A stretch of DNA of 64,000 nucleotides from Casimicrobiaceae bacterium. GTDB taxonomy: Bacteria; Pseudomonadota; Gammaproteobacteria; Burkholderiales; Casimicrobiaceae. The translations under genes were made by a program, and so were the position numbers. This document shows, piece by piece, positions 50,404 through 60,916 of the stretch (positions are counted from its first letter, which is position 1; every line of letters starts with the position of its first letter). The stretch spans positions 7,988 to 71,987 of the forward strand of contig JBKKAZ010000221.1 of assembly GCA_046714435.1 (NCBI GenBank), written 5' to 3'. The notes beneath the pieces were generated by a model. It saw only the letters and a list, made by a program, of their open reading frames with translations, was not told the origin of the DNA and did not search any database.

Positions 50404-51978
50404 TCAGGGTTGGGTCGCGTCGAGCTGCACGAAGCGCAGTTCGAGCATGTCGTTGGGCCATTGCACGACCGTGACACTGCGCCGCATCACCCAGGTGAGC
50501 GTGCGGCGGTACAGCGGAATCAGCGGCAGGTCGGCATGCATGAGGCGAAGCGCGTCGCCCACCATGGCACGTCGCCGGGCGAGGTCGGGCTCGATCCTGA
50601 TGCCGTCGATCAGCGTGTCGAGCGTCGGGTTCGAGTAACGGCCGCCGTTGAATGCGCCGAGGCCGCCTTCGCCGTGGGTGCGCACGGTGGCGTTGAGGAT
50701 CGGCCAGGGGTCGGTCGCCGGCGACCAGCCGAACTCGAAGAAGCTGCTGGTCGCCTGGGTGAGCTTGGGAAAGAACTGCGAGGTCGGCGACGGCTGGAAA
50801 TTCACCCGTATCCCGACCTGGGCGAGCATGCCGGCGATGGCCTGGCACACGGCGGAACGGAACGCGACGTTCACGCAATCCAACGTAACGCCGAAGCCCT
50901 CGGGGTAGCCGGCGTCCTTGAGCAGCGCGCGCGATGCCGCTGGATCGTACAGCAGGCGCTTGTCGAGCTCAGGCAGGTAACCGTCGACCCGCGTGGAAAC
51001 GTGCGATCCGGTCGGCGCGGCCAATCCGCGCAGCACCTTCGCGACGATCGCATCGACGTCGATCGCCTGGTAGATCGCGCGGCGCACGCGCAGGTCCTTG
51101 AACGGGTTGCGGCCCTTGACGTCGGCGAACTGCAGCTCGCCGCGGCTCTGATCGAAACCTAGGTACTGGGTGCCGATGTCCACGGTGTCGACCAGCCTGA
51201 ACCGGCCCTCGGACTTCAGGCGGGCGACGTCCTGGAACGGCGGATCGATCACGAAATCGACCTGCCCCGAAGCCAGTGCCGCGAGCCGCGTCGCGTCTGA
51301 CTGGATCACCGTGTAGACCGCCTCCTCGACGTTGCCGCGCTTGCCCCACCAGTGCGCGTTGGCGGCCAGCACCAGTCGGTTGTCCGGCTCGTAGCTCTTG
51401 AGGAGGTAGGGGCCGGTGCCATTGGCGTTGCGGACGGCGTGCGTCTCCTGCTTCGCGTTGTAGTCCTGGGGCAGCACGACGCCGTGCTTTTCCGCCCAGG
51501 CCTTGCTCATCATGCCGACCAGCGCGAGCTTGTCGGGCAGGACGGCGTCGGGGGCGGCGAGCAGGATGTCGATGGTCAGCTCGTCGACCTTGCGCGCGCT
51601 CATGATCCCGCGCATCTGGAAGGCGCGCTGCGAGTTCTTCGCCAGTGCGCGCGCGATCGAGAACACCGCGTCGTCGGCCGTAAATGGTGTGCCGTCGTGA
51701 AAGCGCACGTTCGGCCGCAACCGGAAACGCCAGGTGGTCGCGCTGGTCGCCTGCCAGGAAAGCGCGAGCGAAGGCTCGAGCTCGAAGTTGCGGCCACGGT
51801 TGACCAGGCCCTCGTAGACCTGGCTGACGACTCGCGAGTGATACAGGAGCGCGAGCGCGTGCGGATCCATCGTCTGCGGATCAAATGCGCTGGCGAAACG
51901 CAACGTCGCTGCCTGCAGCGGCGGCGCCAGCGTCATCGCGGCAAGCAGCCCGGCGGCAAGAGTGCGGCACATCGACAT
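50404..51978 (-). CDS. ABC family-5 (peptide/nickel-type) substrate-binding protein, orphan
   Basis: Signal peptide, TMDPH, YEGLV, W.F.LRPNVRFHDGTPFTADD and NGTGPY. No cognate permease is adjacent. Confidence 0.9.
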   Translation of the reverse strand: MSMCRTLAAGLLAAMTLAPPLQAATLRFASAFDPQTMDPHALALLYHSRVVSQVYEGLVNRGRNFELEPSLALSWQATSATTWRFRLRPNVRFHDGTPFTADDAVFSIARALAKNSQRAFQMRGIMSARKVDELTIDILLAAPDAVLPDKLALVGMMSKAWAEKHGVVLPQDYNAKQETHAVRNANGTGPYLLKSYEPDNRLVLAANAHWWGKRGNVEEAVYTVIQSDATRLAALASGQVDFVIDPPFQDVARLKSEGRFRLVDTVDIGTQYLGFDQSRGELQFADVKGRNPFKDLRVRRAIYQAIDVDAIVAKVLRGLAAPTGSHVSTRVDGYLPELDKRLLYDPAASRALLKDAGYPEGFGVTLDCVNVAFRSAVCQAIAGMLAQVGIRVNFQPSPTSQFFPKLTQATSSFFEFGWSPATDPWPILNATVRTHGEGGLGAFNGGRYSNPTLDTLIDGIRIEPDLARRRAMVGDALRLMHADLPLIPLYRRTLTWVMRRSVTVVQWPNDMLELRFVQLDATQP

Positions 51979-53354
51979 CAGATGATCTCAAAGTAGCGCT
52001 TCAGCTCCCAGTCGGTGACGGCGTCCTGCCACTGCCGCCACTCCCACTCGCGGGTCGCGGCGAAGTGATCGACGAACTCGTCCCCGAACCAGTCGCGCGC
52101 TCGCTCGGAGCCGCGGAAGATGCGGGTGGTCTCGATCAGCGTCCGCGGCGCGCGCGGGATGTCCTCGGCGCCGAGGTTGGTGCCGTGGATGGGCGGGGCC
52201 GTGAGCTTCAGCTTTTTCTCGACGCCATGGAGGCCCGCCGCGACGCAGGCCGCGAGCGCGAGGTAGGGGTTGACGTCGGCGCCGGGGCAGCGGGTCTCGA
52301 GGCGCGTGGACTTGGGCGAGCCCGGGATCACGCGAAAGCTCGCGGTGCGGTTGTCGATGCCCCAGGTCGGCTTCACCGGCGCCCAGAAGCCGTCGACCAA
52401 GCGCTTGTAGCTGTTGATCGTTGGCCAGAACATCGGCGCAAACTCGAGCAGGGTTGCGAGCTGACCGGCCAGGTAGCTTTCGAACAGCTTGCTCATGCCA
52501 CCGCGGCCGCGGGCGTCGTAGAAGAGGTTCTTCTTGCCGTCCGAAAGGCTCTGATGGACGTGACCCGAGCAGCCAGGATACTGCTGGCTCCACTTGGCCA
52601 TGAAGCTCGGCATGATGCCGAAGCGCGAGCCGATTTCCTTCGCGCCCTGCTTGAACAGGATCGCGCGGTCGCCGGCCTCCATCGCGCCGCAGTAGATCAT
52701 CGCGGCTTCGTAAACGCCGGGTCCGGTCTCGGTGTGGAGCCCTTCGATGGGCACGCCGAATGCGCCGAGTTCCGCGAATAGCGCTTTGAAGTAGTCCTTC
52801 GCGTGGTTCGCGCGGAGCAGCGAATAGCCGAACATGCCCGGCGTGATCGGCTCGGGTCCGACGCCCTTCTTGTCCGCCCACGACTGCGGCGTCTCGGCGA
52901 AGTTGAAGAACTCGAATTCGAGCGAGCACATCGGTGCCACGCCCAGCATGTCGGCGCGGGCCAGCACGCGCCTCAGCACTTGCCGCGGGTCGAGCGGGAA
53001 GGGTTCTTCGCCACCCTTTCGCGCCGGGCGGACGCAGCTGCCCAGGAAGAAATCGACGCCGTCGTCCCAGGGCACGTTGCGGTGCGTCGCCAGGTCCAGC
53101 CGCGCGATCACGTCGGGAAAGCCCTTGTGCCAGCCGGTCAGCGTGGTGTTGTCGTAGCACTGGTCCTGACTGTCCCAGCCGTAGACGACGTCGCAGAATC
53201 CGAATCCGCCCTCGAGCGCCGAGGCGAACTTCTCCTTGTGGATGTACTTGCCGCGCAGGATGCCGTCGATGTCGACGACCGCCACCTTGACCCGGTTGCC
53301 CGGCGACGCGCGGACCGCGGCGAGTACGGCCTTGGCGTTGGGGGACGTCGACAT
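51978..53354 (-). CDS. Glutamine synthetase-like gamma-glutamyl:amine ligase
   Basis: DIDGILRGK, GFCDVV.GWD, LEFEFF, LHTETGPGVYE, GCSGHVHQS, WGIDNRT and RLETRCPGAD.NPY. Not a canonical GlnA1. Operonic with ADH, ALDH and hydrolase genes. Confidence 0.88.
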   Translation of the reverse strand: MSTSPNAKAVLAAVRASPGNRVKVAVVDIDGILRGKYIHKEKFASALEGGFGFCDVVYGWDSQDQCYDNTTLTGWHKGFPDVIARLDLATHRNVPWDDGVDFFLGSCVRPARKGGEEPFPLDPRQVLRRVLARADMLGVAPMCSLEFEFFNFAETPQSWADKKGVGPEPITPGMFGYSLLRANHAKDYFKALFAELGAFGVPIEGLHTETGPGVYEAAMIYCGAMEAGDRAILFKQGAKEIGSRFGIMPSFMAKWSQQYPGCSGHVHQSLSDGKKNLFYDARGRGGMSKLFESYLAGQLATLLEFAPMFWPTINSYKRLVDGFWAPVKPTWGIDNRTASFRVIPGSPKSTRLETRCPGADVNPYLALAACVAAGLHGVEKKLKLTAPPIHGTNLGAEDIPRAPRTLIETTRIFRGSERARDWFGDEFVDHFAATREWEWRQWQDAVTDWELKRYFEII

Positions 53355-53517
53355 CAGGGCTCCTTGAGAGGCTGCATGCGGTTCACTGGGGCGGAAGGCG
53401 CCGGGCCGGCGCTCTCGGATTCTAGCCGGGGCGGTGGCAGAATGGCGCGCCAGCCTTCGCGTTGCCGGCCCCTGCTGAGGGTTACAAACGTGGATGACGC
53501 ATCAACCACCCCCCGCC

Positions 53518-53592
53518 GTCGTTCCCGCGAAGGCGGGAATCCAGCGACTTTAGGTCGCAAAGACGCTGGGTCCCCGCCTTCGCGGGGACGAC
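53518..53592. repeat. REPIN-like element (two inverted REP arms)
   Basis: GTCGTTCCCGCGAAGGCGGGAATCCAGCG, a 17-bp spacer, then CGCTGGGTCCCCGCCTTCGCGGGGACGAC. Confidence 0.85.
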
Positions 53593-53637
53593 AGTTTCAA
53601 GGATGTGCGCGTCAACCATTTTCGTAAACCTCAATAG

Positions 53638-54486
53638 ATGCCCACGTCGCCACTACTCACTGTCCTTGCGCTCCACACGGCGGTGGCCCTGTTCGGGTTC
53701 GCCGGACTGTTCGGCAAATGGCTCACGCTGCCGCCCTATGCGATCGTCCTCGGTCGTACCGTGATCGCCGCGGTCGTGCTGGGCCTGGTCGTGGCGGCGC
53801 GACGCGAGCCGTCGCGCTTTCATCCCGGCCTCGCCGCCAACGGCATCGTGCTCGCGACGCATTGGGTGGCGTTTTTCGAGGCGATCCAGGTGTCGAGCGT
53901 TGCGATCGGCCTCTTGGGCTACGCGACCTTTCCGTTGTTCGTGCTCGGACTCGAGCGGCTGTTGCTGGACCGGCGCTTCAGCCGTGAGGAAGCGCTGATC
54001 GCACTGCTGGTTACTGCCGGTCTGGTCGCGCTGGTGCCGGCGTTGGATGTGCAGGACCGAACCGTGCAGGGGCTCGCTTGGGGCGTGCTCTCGGCTTTCC
54101 TGTTCGCGCTGCTGGTGGTTCGTGGCCGTCGATTCGCGGCCACCCACTCACCCGTGGCGATCGCCTACTGGCAGAACCTGTCCGCGGCGATCGCGCTGTT
54201 GCCTTTCGCGTGGATCGGGCGGCAGGCGTTGGCTGAGGTGGAGGGTCGTGATCTTGCGTTGCTCGCGGTCCTGGGCGTTGTCTGTACCGCGCTGGCGCAC
54301 ACGCTGTTCCTCTCGAGCCTTCGCCGCGTCACCGCGCATTCGGCGAGCGTCGTCGCCACGCTGGAACCCGTGTACGGTATCGCGCTCGCGGCGCTTTTAT
54401 TGGGTGAGACACCGACGGCACGAACGCTGATTGGCGCCGTTCTGATCATCGGCGCGGCGCTGGTGGCCACCACGCGGATTCGCTGA
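53638..54486 (+). CDS. EamA/DMT family transporter
   Basis: About 10 TM segments, HWVAFFEAIQ.SSVAIG and LEPVYGI.LA. Confidence 0.88.
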   Translation: MPTSPLLTVLALHTAVALFGFAGLFGKWLTLPPYAIVLGRTVIAAVVLGLVVAARREPSRFHPGLAANGIVLATHWVAFFEAIQVSSVAIGLLGYATFPLFVLGLERLLLDRRFSREEALIALLVTAGLVALVPALDVQDRTVQGLAWGVLSAFLFALLVVRGRRFAATHSPVAIAYWQNLSAAIALLPFAWIGRQALAEVEGRDLALLAVLGVVCTALAHTLFLSSLRRVTAHSASVVATLEPVYGIALAALLLGETPTARTLIGAVLIIGAALVATTRIR

Positions 54487-54547
54487 CCCGGTGCGGCTAG
54501 CCTCGGTTTGGTAGCATCGCGCCATTGCATCATGGATCGCGGACGGC

Positions 54548-55473
<926 letters not shown>

Positions 55474-55477
<4 letters not shown>

Positions 55478-55977
55478 TCCTGGTGCTGATGGGGGTTTGC
55501 GGCTGCGGCAAGTCGACCGTGGGTGCTGCGCTCGCGGAAAATCTGAGCTGGCCCCTACTTGACGCCGATGACTTTCACCCGGGGGCCAACGTCGCCAAGA
55601 TGGCCGCGGGCGAGGCGCTCGACGACGATGACCGCGGGCCATGGCTCGATGGGATCGCGGAGCGGCTGCGTGCAGTCCTCGCGCGCGGCGGGAGTGCCGT
55701 GCTCGCCTGTTCGGCGTTGAAACAAGCTTATCGCGACCGGCTCGCAAGCGTAGGCGACGTCCGCTTCGTCCACCTCGTCGGCGACTACGACACCATCGCC
55801 GCGAGACTCGCATCGCGGCAGCACCGCTACATGCCTGCCTCGCTGCTCGCGAGCCAGTTCGCGACGCTCGAGGTTCCGTCCGACGCGCTTGAAGTCGACC
55901 TGCGCCAGAGCGTTGCCGCGCAGGTGAGCGCAATTCGCGCCGCGTACGGACTCGCGCCGGTTGCGCAGGAGCGCTAG
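55474..55977 (+). CDS. gntK: Gluconokinase
   Basis: MGVCGCGKST, DADDFHP..NVAKM..G..L.DDDR.PWL, ACSALKQAYRD and MPASLLASQFATLE. Confidence 0.93.
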
Positions 55978-55981
55978 ACGC

Positions 55982-57169
55982 ATGAGTTCAAACAACGACC
56001 TAACGCCACTCGCGCCCGCGACGCTGGCAGCGCATCTTGGACGCCACCCGGAGCGGCATCTCGGGGCCGTCAATACGCCGGTGTATCGCGCGTCGACCAT
56101 TCTGTTTCCGAGCTACGCTGACCTGATTGCGTCCTCGCTCGGTGAGTACCGGGAGGTCGGTTACGGATTGCACGGCCTGCCGACGGTCACGGATTTTCAG
56201 GCGGCCATCGCGGCGCTTGAAGGCGGGCACGCCGCGCTCGCGGTGCCCTCCGGGCTGGCCGCGACCACGCTGCCGCTGCTGGCGCTCACGAAGCCGGGCG
56301 ATCATGTGCTGGTCACCGATTCCGTCTACGGGCCGACGCGGCGCTTTTGCGAACTGCACATGAAGCGCCTCGGTGTCGAGGTCAGCTACTACGATCCGCT
56401 GGCCGGTGCCGGCATTGCTCGCGAAATCCGGGCCAGCACGCGATTGGTGTTCGCGGAATCGCCGGGCTCGCTGACCTTCGAAGTCCAGGACGTGCGGGCG
56501 ATCTCGGAGGCCGCGCACGCGCGCGGCGCATTGGTGATCCTCGACAACACTTGGGCGACGCCGCTCGGCTTTCGCGCGTTCGACCATGGCGTGGATGTGG
56601 TCGTGCACGCCGCCACCAAGTATCTCGGCGGCCATTCGGATGTACTGCTCGGCGTGATCGTCGCCAGCGAGTCGACGTTCGCGCCCCTGCATCGGATCTG
56701 GACCGACATGGGGGTCACCGCATCGTCGGACGACTGCTTCCTCGGCTTGCGCGGCCTGCGGACGCTGCCGACGCGACTCGCGCGCCACCAGGCCAGCGCG
56801 CTGACCATCGCCGAGTGGCTGCGCGCGCGCCCCGAAGTACGCGAAGTGCTCTATCCGGCGCTGCCAGGCGCCCGCGGTCACGAGCTGTGGAAGCGTGACT
56901 TTTCCGCGGCAGGCGGTCTTTTCGGCGTGGTGCTGCAGCCGGTGCCGGAAGACCGCATCGCGGCGATGCTCGATGGCATGGCGCTGTTCCGGATGGGCTG
57001 GAGTTGGGGAGGCTTCGAGAGCCTGATCATCCCTACCTGGCCCGAGCGCACCCGCAGCGCCACCCAATGGAACGCCGGCGGCCCGAACTTGAGGCTGCAC
57101 GTGGGGCTCGAGGATCCCGCCGACTTGATCGCCGATCTCGAGCGCGGCTTCGCGCGTCTTGCGGCGTGA
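55982..57169 (+). CDS. metC: Cystathionine beta-lyase
   Basis: VNTPVYRASTILF, YGLHG.PT, ESPGSLTFEVQD, DNTWATP, AATKYLGGHSD and SWGGFESL. Confidence 0.93.
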   Translation: MSSNNDLTPLAPATLAAHLGRHPERHLGAVNTPVYRASTILFPSYADLIASSLGEYREVGYGLHGLPTVTDFQAAIAALEGGHAALAVPSGLAATTLPLLALTKPGDHVLVTDSVYGPTRRFCELHMKRLGVEVSYYDPLAGAGIAREIRASTRLVFAESPGSLTFEVQDVRAISEAAHARGALVILDNTWATPLGFRAFDHGVDVVVHAATKYLGGHSDVLLGVIVASESTFAPLHRIWTDMGVTASSDDCFLGLRGLRTLPTRLARHQASALTIAEWLRARPEVREVLYPALPGARGHELWKRDFSAAGGLFGVVLQPVPEDRIAAMLDGMALFRMGWSWGGFESLIIPTWPERTRSATQWNAGGPNLRLHVGLEDPADLIADLERGFARLAA

Positions 57170-57188
57170 GCGGCGCCCGTCCCGAGAC

Positions 57189-58184
57189 TCAGTCAATTAC
57201 CCGGTCCGCGCGGGAACGGGCCGCAGGCGAAACGGCAACTCCGAGCGCCGCGGCCGTCTTCAGGTTGATCGCGAATTCGAAGGTCGTCGGCCGCTCGATC
57301 GGAATGTCGCCGGGCTTCGCACCCTTCAGGATCTTGTCCACGAAGACTGCCGCGCGGCGATAGAGCGCGAAAAAGTTCGGCCCATAGCCGAAGAGTCCCC
57401 CCGCGTCGGCATACTCGACGAAGCTGATCGAGGGAAGGCGCTGCTTGACAGCTAGCTCCGCGATCCTCTTGTTGTTTGGGATGAGGACCGCGTCCTCGAT
57501 CACCGCGAGCGCGTCGACGCTTTCCTTCGCAATCGCGGCAAAGGCGTCGTCCAGGTCTGCGGGGCCCCGCGCATGGAACGTCAGCAACGCCACGTTCAGC
57601 TTCCTGGCCGCGATTTCCATGGCTTGGACGGATTGTCCCATTGCGGCGTTGTCCGGATTCGCGAGGACCGCCACTCGGTGCACGCGTGGGATCGCATCCT
57701 TGAGCACCTCGAGACGCTTTGCCACGAGTTCGGTAACGAAGAACGTGTCGCCGGTGATGTTACCGCCAGGGCGCGCAAGGCTCGCGACGATGCCCCATCC
57801 AACGGCGTCGCCGACGTTGGTCATGACCACCGGTATCGGATTGGTCGCGGTTGCCTGCTTCGCGGCGAGGGCGCCCGGGGCCGAGTGCGTCACGATGACG
57901 TCGACCTTGAGACGAACGAGTTCGGCGGCGAGCGCCGGAAGGCGGTCGTACTGGCCTTCCGCAAAGCGATACTCGATCGCGATGTTCCTGCCCTCGACGT
58001 AACCCAGGTCGCGCAAGCCTGCCCGGAAGGCGTCGAGGCGCGGACCCCAGGCAACAGGATTGGCCACGCCGAGAAATCCGATCCGCGGCATGGCCGCGGC
58101 AGGCTTCTGGGCAAAGCCGCGATGCGGCGTCGCCAGGAGCGCGCCCGCCGCAATCAAGAGCCGCCGGCGTCGAATCTGACTCAT
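57189..58184 (-). CDS. ABC substrate-binding protein (TrpX/aromatic amino acid-binding-like family), orphan
   Basis: RRRRLL leader, GLRDLGYVEGRNI.IEYR.AEG..DRLPALAAELV, SLARPGGNITG and GAKPGDIPIERPT.FE..INLKTA. Confidence 0.88.
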   Translation of the reverse strand: MSQIRRRRLLIAAGALLATPHRGFAQKPAAAMPRIGFLGVANPVAWGPRLDAFRAGLRDLGYVEGRNIAIEYRFAEGQYDRLPALAAELVRLKVDVIVTHSAPGALAAKQATATNPIPVVMTNVGDAVGWGIVASLARPGGNITGDTFFVTELVAKRLEVLKDAIPRVHRVAVLANPDNAAMGQSVQAMEIAARKLNVALLTFHARGPADLDDAFAAIAKESVDALAVIEDAVLIPNNKRIAELAVKQRLPSISFVEYADAGGLFGYGPNFFALYRRAAVFVDKILKGAKPGDIPIERPTTFEFAINLKTAAALGVAVSPAARSRADRVID

Positions 58185-58202
58185 GGCTCCCCCCAACGTG
58201 GA

Positions 58203-58958
58203 TTATGGCTCAGCCGGGACTCCCAGGTAAACGGCCTGCACGCGCGGATCCGCGCGAACGGCGTCCGGCGTGCCTTCGGCAATGATGCGGCCCCGATCGA
58301 GCACGATGACGCGGTCCGCGTGATCGAACACGACGTCCATGTCGTGTTCGGTGAACAGTACGGCCACGGAATCGCGGCGGGCGAGCACGCCGGCCGCCGC
58401 CAAAAGCGCTGCGCGATAACGCGGGGCCAAGCCGGCCGTGGGCTCGTCCATCAGCAGCAGCTTGGGATTGCCGGCCAGCGCCAGCGCCAGTTCGACGCGC
58501 TTCAAGTCGCCGTAGGGCAGGATCGCGCAGTGCCGGTCGGCGAGGGCCTCGATACCCGCGCGCGCCAGCAGCGCGTCCGCGTGCCTCGACTGCGCGCTCG
58601 CCATGCCTCCGCCTACCGCCCTGCCGCGACCGGCGTGCGACAGCAACGCGACTTCGAGATTCTCGCGCACGGTCATCGACGCAAAGGTGGCGGCGACCTG
58701 GAAGGTGCGTCCCACCCCGGCGAGTCCGATCTCTCGCGGCGACCGGCCGGTGATGTCGGTGCCGGCAAGCGTTACCCGGCCCGCGTCGGGCCGGACCTGG
58801 CCGTTGATGCAGTTGAAGCAGGTGGTCTTGCCGGCGCCGTTCGGTCCGATCAGAGCGGCGAGTTCGCCGGCCGCCACGCGGAACGACACGTCGCGAACCG
58901 CGTGCACGCCGCCGAACGACTTGACCAGACCGTCGACAGCAAGCACCGGTTCGTTCAC
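58203..58958 (-). CDS. Branched-chain amino acid-type ABC ATPase (LivG-like)
   Basis: ALIGPNGAGKTT, GVGRTFQ, LPYGDLKRVELA, LLMDEPTAG, EHDMD.VF and V.AVYLG. Confidence 0.9.
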   Translation of the reverse strand: MNEPVLAVDGLVKSFGGVHAVRDVSFRVAAGELAALIGPNGAGKTTCFNCINGQVRPDAGRVTLAGTDITGRSPREIGLAGVGRTFQVAATFASMTVRENLEVALLSHAGRGRAVGGGMASAQSRHADALLARAGIEALADRHCAILPYGDLKRVELALALAGNPKLLLMDEPTAGLAPRYRAALLAAAGVLARRDSVAVLFTEHDMDVVFDHADRVIVLDRGRIIAEGTPDAVRADPRVQAVYLGVPAEP

Positions 58959-60856
58959 GTCGCGCGCTCCACGCGGGTTCGAGCGCGCAGTTGGCGCAGT
59001 CGCGTGATGCCCCCGCCGATGCCGAGCGGAAACAGCAGTACCAGGACGAGGATCAGTGCGCCTGTGGCGGCACGCCAGTAGTCGCTCTCGCGGGCCAGAG
59101 TGTCCTGCATCCAGGTAAATGCGGCAGCACCCAGAAGCGGGCCGCCGATTGCATTCAGTCCGCCGAGCAGGACCATCACCAGCGCGTCGACGGAGCGGGG
59201 GATCGCCAGCGTTTCCGGCGAGATGCTGCCTTTGGAAAACGCGAACAGTCCCCCGGCGAGTCCGGCGAACGCGCCCGCGATCGCGAAGGCGCGCGCCTGC
59301 ATGCCCTTGACGTCGATGCCGACGGCCGCAGCACGAAGCGGCGAATCGCGCGCCGCGCGCAGCGCGAACCCGAACGGCGAATGCGCGATTTTCACCACGG
59401 CCAGCAGCGCCGCGGCGACGATGACCAGCGCGAACAGGTAGTAGTGCGCGCGGTCGGTGAGGATCGCGGGCGGCCAGATGCCGACCAACCCGTTGCTTCC
59501 GCCGGTCACGGCATCCCACTGGAACGCGATCGACCACAGGATCTGCGCAAAGGCGAGCGTCAGCATGGCGAGATAGACGCCTGCGAGCCTCGCTGCGAAC
59601 CCGCCGAGCATCCACGCCGCCGTCATGGCGGCTAGCGGCGCGAGCGCCAGCGCCGCGGGCATCGGCCATCCGTGCCGAACTGCAAGCGCTGCGGCGTACG
59701 CGCCGACGCCGAAGTAGGCGGCGTGCCCGAAGCTGGTCATTCCGCCGGGGCCCATGATGAACTGCAGGCTGGCGGCGAACAGCGCCGCGATCAGCACGTC
59801 GGTCGTGAGGACCAGCGTGTAGTCGTCACGCACCAGCGGCAGCACCAGCAGCACGACCAGCACCCCCACGGCGACCTTGGCCGTGCGGCGTCCGGGGGCG
59901 AGGACCAGCGCGCGCTGCTCGGGCAACGGCGTCGTTGCCGGCGCCGCCGGCGCCTGTCCCAGCAGGCCGTACGGCCTGATCGCCAGCACGATCGCCATGA
60001 CGATGAACTCGACTACCAGCGTGATCCTGGGAAACGCGATCGGCAGACCCGCGACTTCGACCGTGCCCAGCGCGATGCACAGCGCCTTGACCAGTCCGAT
60101 GATCAGCGCGGCGACGAAAGCGCCTGGAATCGATCCGAGTCCGCCGACCACGGTGACGACAAAGGCCTCGGCAACGACCGCGAGGTCCATGTTGAGATTG
60201 GCCGGCTCGCGCGGGAGCTGCAGCCCGCCGGCGAATCCAGCGAGGAACGCGCCCAGCGCGAACACTGCCGTGTACAGCAGAGCCTGGTGGATGCCGAGCG
60301 CGGATGCGAGGGCGCGGTTCTCGGAGGCGGCGCGTATCAGCACGCCGAAGCGGGTTCGGGTAACGAGCCAGGTGAGCGCGGCCAGCACCAGCGGCCCGAC
60401 GACGATCAGGAACAGGTCGTACTCGGGAATCGGGTGACCGGCGAGCACGATCGCGCCGTCGAGGCCCTGGACGCGCGGTCCCAGCTTGTCCTCTGCACCC
60501 CCAAGCCAGAGCACGGCATCGCGCACGATCAGCACCACACCGAAGGTCGCGGTGAGCTGCAGGAGCTCGGGCGCGTCGTAGAGCCGCTTCAGCAGCAGCA
60601 CTTCGATGAGCGCGCCGACCGCGGCGACGATCAGCGCTGCAACGATCACGCTGCTGGCGAAGCCTGCCAGCGATGTTCCGAACACCCCGCCGAGGCCCCA
60701 GCAGAGGTACGCGCCCAGCATGAACAGCGAACCGTGGGCGAAGTTCACCACACGGGTCACGCCGAAGATCAGCGTCAGCCCGGCGGCGACCAGAAACAGC
60801 GCGGAAGCGGAAGCGAGGCCGTTGAGGAACTGGAGGGCGAAGGTAGCGAGTGACAC
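58955..60856 (-). CDS. Fused LivH-LivM branched-chain amino acid-type ABC permease
   Basis: GLTLIFGV..VVNFAHG (LivH half) and SFGHAAYFG, YLAMLTLAFAQI, SPFG..L.A.RD (LivM half). 633 aa. Confidence 0.9.
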   Translation of the reverse strand: MSLATFALQFLNGLASASALFLVAAGLTLIFGVTRVVNFAHGSLFMLGAYLCWGLGGVFGTSLAGFASSVIVAALIVAAVGALIEVLLLKRLYDAPELLQLTATFGVVLIVRDAVLWLGGAEDKLGPRVQGLDGAIVLAGHPIPEYDLFLIVVGPLVLAALTWLVTRTRFGVLIRAASENRALASALGIHQALLYTAVFALGAFLAGFAGGLQLPREPANLNMDLAVVAEAFVVTVVGGLGSIPGAFVAALIIGLVKALCIALGTVEVAGLPIAFPRITLVVEFIVMAIVLAIRPYGLLGQAPAAPATTPLPEQRALVLAPGRRTAKVAVGVLVVLLVLPLVRDDYTLVLTTDVLIAALFAASLQFIMGPGGMTSFGHAAYFGVGAYAAALAVRHGWPMPAALALAPLAAMTAAWMLGGFAARLAGVYLAMLTLAFAQILWSIAFQWDAVTGGSNGLVGIWPPAILTDRAHYYLFALVIVAAALLAVVKIAHSPFGFALRAARDSPLRAAAVGIDVKGMQARAFAIAGAFAGLAGGLFAFSKGSISPETLAIPRSVDALVMVLLGGLNAIGGPLLGAAAFTWMQDTLARESDYWRAATGALILVLVLLFPLGIGGGITRLRQLRARTRVERAT

Positions 60857-60916
60857 GGGGTGCGGCCTTGCGCGATGCAGCAGGCCGAGCGGATTCTAGC
60901 CGACGGCCGCCATTCG

